A stretch of DNA of 32,000 nucleotides, taken from NCBI GenBank assembly GCA_963662715.1, contig OY759724.1, positions 1 to 32,000 of the forward strand, in the 5' to 3' direction. The position numbers were made by a program, and so were the translations under genes. The notes beneath the pieces are model-generated. The model did not search any database and was not told the DNA's origin. It saw only the letters and a list, made by a program, of their open reading frames with translations. The first letter of the stretch is position 1. Every line of letters starts with the position of its first letter. This DNA comes from Candidatus Omnitrophota bacterium. GTDB lineage: Bacteria; Omnitrophota; Gorgyraeia; Zapsychrales; JANLHA01. Below, one piece after another: positions 1 to 12,400 of the stretch.

Positions 1-3000
1 CATTCATACTCACCCAATTAATCCCCATATCACTCATCACATTTATGTCCTGCCAGTTGATTCCTGTATCTGATAGAACATCCAAATCCTGCCAGTTGAT
101 CCCCGCATCACTCAGGATATCCAGATCCTGCCAGTTAATTCCCGCGTTCGTCATATCACTCATACTCACCCAGTTCATCCCCATATCACTCATCACATCT
201 ATATCCAGCCAGTTGATCCCCGCATCACTCAAATCATTCACACTCACCCAATTGATTCCCATATCACTCATCACATTCAAATCCTGCCAGTTGATCCCTG
301 TATCACTCAATACATCCAAATCCTGCCAGTTGATCCCTGCGTCACTCATCACATCTATGTCCAGCCAATTGATCCCCGCATCACTTAAATCATTCACACT
401 CACCCAATTAATCCCCATATCACTCATCACATTTATGTCCTGCCAATTAACCCCCGCATCACTCAACACATCAATATCCGACCAGTTGATTCCCGCATCT
501 GATAGGACATCCAAATCCGACCAATTGATCCCTGTATCACTTAACACATCCAAATCCTGCCAGTTGATCCCCGCGTCCGAAAGAACATCGATATCCACCC
601 AGTTGATCCCCGCATTCGTCATATCACTCATACTCACCCAGTTCATCCCCATATCACTCATCACATCGATATCCACCCAGTTGATCCCCGCGTCACTTAA
701 ATCATTCACACTCACCCAATTAATCCCCGCGTCACTCATCACATTTATGTCCTGCCAGTTGATTCCCGTATCTGAGAGTACATCCAAGTCCACCCAGTTG
801 ATCCCCGCATCACTCATCACATCGATGTCCAGCCAGTTTATCCCCGCGTCACTTAAATCATTCACACTCACCCAATTGATACCCATATCACTCATCACAT
901 CGATATCCAGCCAGTTGATCCCTGTATCACTTAACACATTCAAATCCTGCCAGTTGATCCCCGCATCGCTCAGCACATCCAGGTCCAGCCAGTTGATTCC
1001 TGCGTCCGAAAGAACATCGATGTCCTGCCAGTTGATCCCCGCATCACTCAGCACATCTATATCCAGCCAGTTTATCCCCGCGTCACTCATATCATTCACA
1101 CTCACCCAATTAATTCCCATATCACTCATCACATTTATGTCCTGCCAGTTGATTCCTGTATCTGAGAGTACATCCAAATCCCGCCAATTAATCCCCGCAT
1201 CACTTAACACATCCAAATCCGACCAGTTGATCCCTGTATCACTTAACACATCCAAATCCTGCCAGTTGATCCCCGCGTCCGAAAGAACATCGATGTCCAG
1301 CCAGTTGATCCCCGCATTCGTCATATCACTCATACTCACCCAGTTCATCCCCATATCACTCATCACATCAATGTCCTGCCAGTTTATCCCCGCATCACTT
1401 AAATCATTCACACTCAACCAATTAATCCCCATATCACTCATCACATTCAAATCCTGCCAGTTGATCCCTGTATCACTCAATACATCAATGTCCAACCAGT
1501 TGATCCCCGTATCACTCATCACATCGATATCCAGCCAGTTGATTCCCGCATCACTTAAATCATTCACACTCACCCAATTGATACCCATATCACTCATCAC
1601 ATTTATATCCTGCCAATTGATTCCCGTATCTGAGAGCACATCCAAGTCCAGCCAGTTGATCCCTGTATCACTTAATACATCAATGTCCAGCCAGTTTATC
1701 CCCGTATCTGAAAGAACATCCAAATCCACCCAGTTGATCCCCGCATCACTCATCACATCAATGTCCAGCCAGTTTATCCCCGCGTCACTCATATCATTCA
1801 CACTCACCCAATTAATCCCCATATCACTCATCACATTTATGTCCTGCCAGTTGATCCCCGTATCGCTTAATACATCAATATCCGACCAGTTGATCCCTAT
1901 ATCACTCATCACATTTATGTCCTGCCAGTTGATTCCTGTATCTGATAGAACATCCAAATCCTGCCAGTTGATCCCCGCATCACTCATCACATCTATATCC
2001 AGCCAGTTTATCCCCGCGTCACTTAAATCATTCACACTCACCCAATTAATCCCCATATCACTCATCACATTTATGTCCTGCCAGTTGATCCCTGTGTCAC
2101 TTAATACATCCAGGTCCAGCCAGTTGATCCCCGCGTCACTTAATACATCCAGGTCCAGCCAGTTTATTCCCGCATTCGTCATATCACTCATACTCACCCA
2201 GTTCATCCCCGTATCACTCATCACATCAATATCCAGCCAGTTGATCCCCGCATCACTTAAATCATTCACACTCACCCAATTGATACCCATATCACTCATC
2301 ACATTCAAATCCTGCCAGTTGATCCCTATATCACTCAATACATCAATGTCCAGCCAATTAATTCCCGCATCACTCATCACATTTATATCCTGCCAGTTGA
2401 TCCCCGTATCTGAAAGGACATCCAGGTCCAGCCAATTAATTCCCGTATCACTCATCACATCTATATCCAGCCAGTTGATCCCCGCATCACTTAAATCATT
2501 CACACTCACCCAATTGATCCCCATATCACTCATCACATTTATATCCTGCCAGTTGATCCCTGTATCACTCAATACATCCAAATCCTGCCAGTTGATCCCC
2601 GCATCACTTAATACATCAATATCTGACCAGTTGATCCTCGCATCACTTAATACATCAATATCTGCCCAGTTGATCCCCGCATCACTCATCACATTGATAT
2701 CCAGCCAGTTGATCCCCGCGTCACTCATATCATTCACACTCACCCAGTTAATCCCCATATCGCTCATCACATTCAAATCCTGCCAGTTGATCCCTGTATC
2801 GCTCAATACATCCAAATCCTGCCAGTTGATCCCCGCGTCACTTAACACATCCAGATCCTGCCAGTTAATTCCCGCGTTCGTCATATCACTCATACTCACC
2901 CAGTTTATCCCCATATCACTCATCACATCTATATCCAGCCAGTTGATCCCCGCGTCACTCATATCATTCACACTCACCCAATTGATTCCCATATCACTCA

Positions 3001-3432
3001 TCACATTTATGTCCTGCCAGTTGATCCCCGTATCCGAGAGCACATCCATATCCTGCCAGTTAATTCCCGTATCACTCATCACATCTATATCCAACCAGTT
3101 GATCCCCGCATTCGTCATATCACTCATACTCACCCAGTTCATCCCCGCATCACTCATCACATCGATGTCCAGCCAGTTTATCCCCGCGTCACTTAAATCA
3201 TTCACACTCACCCAATTAATCCCCATATCACTCATCACATTCAAATCCTGCCAGTTGATCCCCGTATCACTTAATACATCAATATCTGCCCAGTTGATCC
3301 CCGTATCACTCATCACATCTATATCCAGCCAGTTGATCCCCGCGTTCGTCATATCACTCATACTCACCCAGTTCATCCCCGTATCACTCATCACATCTAT
3401 GTCCAGCCAGTTGATCCCCGCGTCACTTAAAT
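1..3432 (-). repeat. HOR copy H1 (A-type, 88 units). The phase of the copy boundary is arbitrary.
   Basis: Fully parsed into 88 x 39 nt units. Variants include a at 20, cct at 2636-2638, gct at 2762-2764, and t at 2906. Confidence 0.9.
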
Positions 3433-6400
3433 CATTCATACTCACCCAATTGATCCCCATATCACTCATCACATTTATGTCCTGCCAGTTGATTCCTGTA
3501 TCTGATAGAACATCCAAATCCTGCCAGTTGATCCCCGCATCACTCAGGATATCCAGATCCTGCCAGTTAATTCCCGCGTTCGTCATATCACTCATACTCA
3601 CCCAGTTCATCCCCATATCACTCATCACATCTATATCCAGCCAGTTGATCCCCGCATCACTCAAATCATTCACACTCACCCAATTGATTCCCATATCACT
3701 CATCACATTCAAATCCTGCCAGTTGATCCCTGTATCACTCAATACATCCAAATCCTGCCAGTTGATCCCTGCGTCACTCATCACATCTATGTCCAGCCAA
3801 TTGATCCCCGCATCACTTAAATCATTCACACTCACCCAATTAATCCCCATATCACTCATCACATTTATGTCCTGCCAATTAACCCCCGCATCACTCAACA
3901 CATCAATATCCGACCAGTTGATTCCCGCATCTGATAGGACATCCAAATCCGACCAATTGATCCCTGTATCACTTAACACATCCAAATCCTGCCAGTTGAT
4001 CCCCGCGTCCGAAAGAACATCGATATCCACCCAGTTGATCCCCGCATTCGTCATATCACTCATACTCACCCAGTTCATCCCCATATCACTCATCACATCG
4101 ATATCCAGCCAGTTGATCCCCGCGTCACTTAAATCATTCACACTCACCCAATTAATCCCCGCGTCACTCATCACATTTATGTCCTGCCAGTTGATTCCCG
4201 TATCTGAGAGTACATCCAAGTCCACCCAGTTGATCCCCGCATCACTCATCACATCGATGTCCAGCCAGTTTATCCCCGCGTCACTTAAATCATTCACACT
4301 CACCCAATTGATACCCATATCACTCATCACATCGATATCCAGCCAGTTGATCCCTGTATCACTTAACACATTCAAATCCTGCCAGTTGATCCCCGCATCG
4401 CTCAGCACATCCAGGTCCAGCCAGTTGATTCCTGCGTCCGAAAGAACATCGATGTCCTGCCAGTTGATCCCCGCATCACTCAGCACATCTATATCCAGCC
4501 AGTTTATCCCCGCGTCACTCATATCATTCACACTCACCCAATTAATTCCCATATCACTCATCACATTTATGTCCTGCCAGTTGATTCCTGTATCTGAGAG
4601 TACATCCAAATCCCGCCAATTAATCCCCGCATCACTTAACACATCCAAATCCGACCAGTTGATCCCTGTATCACTTAACACATCCAAATCCTGCCAGTTG
4701 ATCCCCGCGTCCGAAAGAACATCGATGTCCAGCCAGTTGATCCCCGCATTCGTCATATCACTCATACTCACCCAGTTCATCCCCATATCACTCATCACAT
4801 CAATGTCCTGCCAGTTTATCCCCGCATCACTTAAATCATTCACACTCAACCAATTAATCCCCATATCACTCATCACATTCAAATCCTGCCAGTTGATCCC
4901 TGTATCACTCAATACATCAATGTCCAACCAGTTGATCCCCGTATCACTCATCACATCGATATCCAGCCAGTTGATTCCCGCATCACTTAAATCATTCACA
5001 CTCACCCAATTGATACCCATATCACTCATCACATTTATATCCTGCCAATTGATTCCCGTATCTGAGAGCACATCCAAGTCCAGCCAGTTGATCCCTGTAT
5101 CACTTAATACATCAATGTCCAGCCAGTTTATCCCCGTATCTGAAAGAACATCCAAATCCACCCAGTTGATCCCCGCATCACTCATCACATCAATGTCCAG
5201 CCAGTTTATCCCCGCGTCACTCATATCATTCACACTCACCCAATTAATCCCCATATCACTCATCACATTTATGTCCTGCCAGTTGATCCCCGTATCGCTT
5301 AATACATCAATATCCGACCAGTTGATCCCTATATCACTCATCACATTTATGTCCTGCCAGTTGATTCCTGTATCTGATAGAACATCCAAATCCTGCCAGT
5401 TGATCCCCGCATCACTCATCACATCTATATCCAGCCAGTTTATCCCCGCGTCACTTAAATCATTCACACTCACCCAATTAATCCCCATATCACTCATCAC
5501 ATTTATGTCCTGCCAGTTGATCCCTGTGTCACTTAATACATCCAGGTCCAGCCAGTTGATCCCCGCGTCACTTAATACATCCAGGTCCAGCCAGTTTATT
5601 CCCGCATTCGTCATATCACTCATACTCACCCAGTTCATCCCCGTATCACTCATCACATCAATATCCAGCCAGTTGATCCCCGCATCACTTAAATCATTCA
5701 CACTCACCCAATTGATACCCATATCACTCATCACATTCAAATCCTGCCAGTTGATCCCTATATCACTCAATACATCAATGTCCAGCCAATTAATTCCCGC
5801 ATCACTCATCACATTTATATCCTGCCAGTTGATCCCCGTATCTGAAAGGACATCCAGGTCCAGCCAATTAATTCCCGTATCACTCATCACATCTATATCC
5901 AGCCAGTTGATCCCCGCATCACTTAAATCATTCACACTCACCCAATTGATCCCCATATCACTCATCACATTTATATCCTGCCAGTTGATCCCTGTATCAC
6001 TCAATACATCCAAATCCTGCCAGTTGATCCCCGCATCACTTAATACATCAATATCTGACCAGTTGATCCCCGCATCACTTAATACATCAATATCTGCCCA
6101 GTTGATCCCCGCATCACTCATCACATTGATATCCAGCCAGTTGATCCCCGCGTCACTCATATCATTCACACTCACCCAGTTAATCCCCATATCACTCATC
6201 ACATTCAAATCCTGCCAGTTGATCCCTGTATCGCTCAATACATCCAAATCCTGCCAGTTGATCCCCGCGTCACTTAACACATCCAGATCCTGCCAGTTAA
6301 TTCCCGCGTTCGTCATATCACTCATACTCACCCAGTTCATCCCCATATCACTCATCACATCTATATCCAGCCAGTTGATCCCAGCGTCACTCATATCATT

Positions 6401-9400
6401 CACACTCACCCAATTGATTCCCATATCACTCATCACATTTATGTCCTGCCAGTTGATCCCCGTATCCGAGAGCACATCTATATCCAGCCAGTTAATTCCC
6501 GTATCACTCATCACATCTATATCCAACCAGTTGATCCCCGCATTCGTCATATCACTCATACTCACCCAGTTCATCCCCGCATCACTCATCACATCGATGT
6601 CCAGCCAGTTTATCCCCGCGTCACTTAAATCATTCACACTCACCCAATTAATCCCCATATCACTCATCACATTCAAATCCTGCCAGTTGATCCCCGTATC
6701 ACTTAATACATCAATATCTGCCCAGTTGATCCCCGTATCACTCATCACATCTATATCCAGCCAGTTGATCCCCGCGTTCGTCATATCACTCATACTCACC
6801 CAGTTCATCCCCGTATCACTCATCACATCTATGTCCAGCCAGTTGATCCCCGCGTCACTTAAATCATTCATACTTACCCAATTGATCCCCATATCACTCA
6901 TCACATTTATGTCCTGCCAGTTGATTCCTGTATCTGATAGAACATCCAAATCCTGCCAGTTGATCCCCGCATCACTCAGGATATCCAGATCCTGCCAGTT
7001 AATTCCCGCGTTCGTCATATCACTCATACTCACCCAGTTCATCCCCATATCACTCATCACATCTATATCCAGCCAGTTGATCCCCGCATCACTCAAATCA
7101 TTCACACTCACCCAATTGATTCCCATATCACTCATCACATTCAAATCCTGCCAGTTGATCCCTGTATCACTCAATACATCCAAATCCTGCCAGTTGATCC
7201 CTGCGTCACTCATCACATCTATGTCCAGCCAATTGATCCCCGCATCACTTAAATCATTCACACTCACCCAATTAATCCCCATATCACTCATCACATTTAT
7301 GTCCTGCCAATTAACCCCCGCATCACTCAACACATCAATATCCGACCAGTTGATTCCCGCATCTGATAGGACATCCAAATCCGACCAATTGATCCCTGTA
7401 TCACTTAACACATCCAAATCCTGCCAGTTGATCCCCGCGTCCGAAAGAACATCGATATCCACCCAGTTGATCCCCGCATTCGTCATATCACTCATACTCA
7501 CCCAGTTCATCCCCATATCACTCATCACATCGATATCCACCCAGTTGATCCCCGCGTCACTTAAATCATTCACACTCACCCAATTAATCCCCGCGTCACT
7601 CATCACATTTATGTCCTGCCAGTTGATTCCCGTATCTGAGAGTACATCCAAGTCCACCCAGTTGATCCCCGCATCACTCATCACATCGATGTCCAGCCAG
7701 TTTATCCCCGCGTCACTTAAATCATTCACACTCACCCAATTGATACCCATATCACTCATCACATCGATATCCAGCCAGTTGATCCCTGTATCACTTAACA
7801 CATTCAAATCCTGCCAGTTGATCCCCGCATCGCTCAGCACATCCAGGTCCAGCCAGTTGATTCCTGCGTCCGAAAGAACATCGATGTCCTGCCAGTTGAT
7901 CCCCGCATCACTCAGCACATCTATATCCAGCCAGTTTATCCCCGCGTCACTCATATCATTCACACTCACCCAATTAATTCCCATATCACTCATCACATTT
8001 ATGTCCTGCCAGTTGATTCCTGTATCTGAGAGTACATCCAAATCCCGCCAATTAATCCCCGCATCACTTAACACATCCAAATCCGACCAGTTGATCCCTG
8101 TATCACTTAACACATCCAAATCCTGCCAGTTGATCCCCGCGTCCGAAAGAACATCGATGTCCAGCCAGTTGATCCCCGCATTCGTCATATCACTCATACT
8201 CACCCAGTTCATCCCCATATCACTCATCACATCAATGTCCTGCCAGTTTATCCCCGCATCACTTAAATCATTCACACTCAACCAATTAATCCCCATATCA
8301 CTCATCACATTCAAATCCTGCCAGTTGATCCCTGTATCACTCAATACATCAATGTCCAACCAGTTGATCCCCGTATCACTCATCACATCGATATCCAGCC
8401 AGTTGATTCCCGCATCACTTAAATCATTCACACTCACCCAATTGATACCCATATCACTCATCACATTTATATCCTGCCAATTGATTCCCGTATCTGAGAG
8501 CACATCCAAGTCCAGCCAGTTGATCCCTGTATCACTTAATACATCAATGTCCAGCCAGTTTATCCCCGTATCTGAAAGAACATCCAAATCCACCCAGTTG
8601 ATCCCCGCATCACTCATCACATCAATGTCCAGCCAGTTTATCCCCGCGTCACTCATATCATTCACACTCACCCAATTAATCCCCATATCACTCATCACAT
8701 TTATGTCCTGCCAGTTGATCCCCGTATCGCTTAATACATCAATATCCGACCAGTTGATCCCTATATCACTCATCACATTTATGTCCTGCCAGTTGATTCC
8801 TGTATCTGATAGAACATCCAAATCCTGCCAGTTGATCCCCGCATCACTCATCACATCTATATCCAGCCAGTTTATCCCCGCGTCACTTAAATCATTCACA
8901 CTCACCCAATTAATCCCCATATCACTCATCACATTTATGTCCTGCCAGTTGATCCCTGTGTCACTTAATACATCCAGGTCCAGCCAGTTGATCCCCGCGT
9001 CACTTAATACATCCAGGTCCAGCCAGTTTATTCCCGCATTCGTCATATCACTCATACTCACCCAGTTCATCCCCGTATCACTCATCACATCAATATCCAG
9101 CCAGTTGATCCCCGCATCACTTAAATCATTCACACTCACCCAATTGATACCCATATCACTCATCACATTCAAATCCTGCCAGTTGATCCCTATATCACTC
9201 AATACATCAATGTCCAGCCAATTAATTCCCGCATCACTCATCACATTTATATCCTGCCAGTTGATCCCCGTATCTGAAAGGACATCCAGGTCCAGCCAAT
9301 TAATTCCCGTATCACTCATCACATCTATATCCAGCCAGTTGATCCCCGCATCACTTAAATCATTCACACTCACCCAATTGATCCCCATATCACTCATCAC

Positions 9401-12400
9401 ATTTATATCCTGCCAGTTGATCCCTGTATCACTCAATACATCCAAATCCTGCCAGTTGATCCCCGCATCACTTAATACATCAATATCTGACCAGTTGATC
9501 CTCGCATCACTTAATACATCAATATCTGCCCAGTTGATCCCCGCATCACTCATCACATTGATATCCAGCCAGTTGATCCCCGCGTCACTCATATCATTCA
9601 CACTCACCCAGTTAATCCCCATATCGCTCATCACATTCAAATCCTGCCAGTTGATCCCTGTATCGCTCAATACATCCAAATCCTGCCAGTTGATCCCCGC
9701 GTCACTTAACACATCCAGATCCTGCCAGTTAATTCCCGCGTTCGTCATATCACTCATACTCACCCAGTTTATCCCCATATCACTCATCACATCTATATCC
9801 AGCCAGTTGATCCCCGCGTCACTCATATCATTCACACTCACCCAATTGATTCCCATATCACTCATCACATTTATGTCCTGCCAGTTGATCCCCGTATCCG
9901 AGAGCACATCCATATCCTGCCAGTTAATTCCCGTATCACTCATCACATCTATATCCAACCAGTTGATCCCCGCATTCGTCATATCACTCATACTCACCCA
10001 GTTCATCCCCGCATCACTCATCACATCGATGTCCAGCCAGTTTATCCCCGCGTCACTTAAATCATTCACACTCACCCAATTAATCCCCATATCACTCATC
10101 ACATTCAAATCCTGCCAGTTGATCCCCGTATCACTTAATACATCAATATCTGCCCAGTTGATCCCCGTATCACTCATCACATCTATATCCAGCCAGTTGA
10201 TCCCCGCGTTCGTCATATCACTCATACTCACCCAGTTCATCCCCGTATCACTCATCACATCTATGTCCAGCCAGTTGATCCCCGCGTCACTTAAATCATT
10301 CATACTCACCCAATTGATCCCCATATCACTCATCACATTTATGTCCTGCCAGTTGATTCCTGTATCTGATAGAACATCCAAATCCTGCCAGTTGATCCCC
10401 GCATCACTCAGGATATCCAGATCCTGCCAGTTAATTCCCGCGTTCGTCATATCACTCATACTCACCCAGTTCATCCCCATATCACTCATCACATCTATAT
10501 CCAGCCAGTTGATCCCCGCATCACTCAAATCATTCACACTCACCCAATTGATTCCCATATCACTCATCACATTCAAATCCTGCCAGTTGATCCCTGTATC
10601 ACTCAATACATCCAAATCCTGCCAGTTGATCCCTGCGTCACTCATCACATCTATGTCCAGCCAATTGATCCCCGCATCACTTAAATCATTCACACTCACC
10701 CAATTAATCCCCATATCACTCATCACATTTATGTCCTGCCAATTAACCCCCGCATCACTCAACACATCAATATCCGACCAGTTGATTCCCGCATCTGATA
10801 GGACATCCAAATCCGACCAATTGATCCCTGTATCACTTAACACATCCAAATCCTGCCAGTTGATCCCCGCGTCCGAAAGAACATCGATATCCACCCAGTT
10901 GATCCCCGCATTCGTCATATCACTCATACTCACCCAGTTCATCCCCATATCACTCATCACATCGATATCCACCCAGTTGATCCCCGCGTCACTTAAATCA
11001 TTCACACTCACCCAATTAATCCCCGCGTCACTCATCACATTTATGTCCTGCCAGTTGATTCCCGTATCTGAGAGTACATCCAAGTCCACCCAGTTGATCC
11101 CCGCATCACTCATCACATCGATGTCCAGCCAGTTTATCCCCGCGTCACTTAAATCATTCACACTCACCCAATTGATACCCATATCACTCATCACATCGAT
11201 ATCCAGCCAGTTGATCCCTGTATCACTTAACACATTCAAATCCTGCCAGTTGATCCCCGCATCGCTCAGCACATCCAGGTCCAGCCAGTTGATTCCTGCG
11301 TCCGAAAGAACATCGATGTCCTGCCAGTTGATCCCCGCATCACTCAGCACATCTATATCCAGCCAGTTTATCCCCGCGTCACTCATATCATTCACACTCA
11401 CCCAATTAATTCCCATATCACTCATCACATTTATGTCCTGCCAGTTGATTCCTGTATCTGAGAGTACATCCAAATCCCGCCAATTAATCCCCGCATCACT
11501 TAACACATCCAAATCCGACCAGTTGATCCCTGTATCACTTAACACATCCAAATCCTGCCAGTTGATCCCCGCGTCCGAAAGAACATCGATGTCCAGCCAG
11601 TTGATCCCCGCATTCGTCATATCACTCATACTCACCCAGTTCATCCCCATATCACTCATCACATCAATGTCCTGCCAGTTTATCCCCGCATCACTTAAAT
11701 CATTCACACTCAACCAATTAATCCCCATATCACTCATCACATTCAAATCCTGCCAGTTGATCCCTGTATCACTCAATACATCAATGTCCAACCAGTTGAT
11801 CCCCGTATCACTCATCACATCGATATCCAGCCAGTTGATTCCCGCATCACTTAAATCATTCACACTCACCCAATTGATACCCATATCACTCATCACATTT
11901 ATATCCTGCCAATTGATTCCCGTATCTGAGAGCACATCCAAGTCCAGCCAGTTGATCCCTGTATCACTTAATACATCAATGTCCAGCCAGTTTATCCCCG
12001 TATCTGAAAGAACATCCAAATCCACCCAGTTGATCCCCGCATCACTCATCACATCAATGTCCAGCCAGTTTATCCCCGCGTCACTCATATCATTCACACT
12101 CACCCAATTAATCCCCATATCACTCATCACATTTATGTCCTGCCAGTTGATCCCCGTATCGCTTAATACATCAATATCCGACCAGTTGATCCCTATATCA
12201 CTCATCACATTTATGTCCTGCCAGTTGATTCCTGTATCTGATAGAACATCCAAATCCTGCCAGTTGATCCCCGCATCACTCATCACATCTATATCCAGCC
12301 AGTTTATCCCCGCGTCACTTAAATCATTCACACTCACCCAATTAATCCCCATATCACTCATCACATTTATGTCCTGCCAGTTGATCCCTGTGTCACTTAA

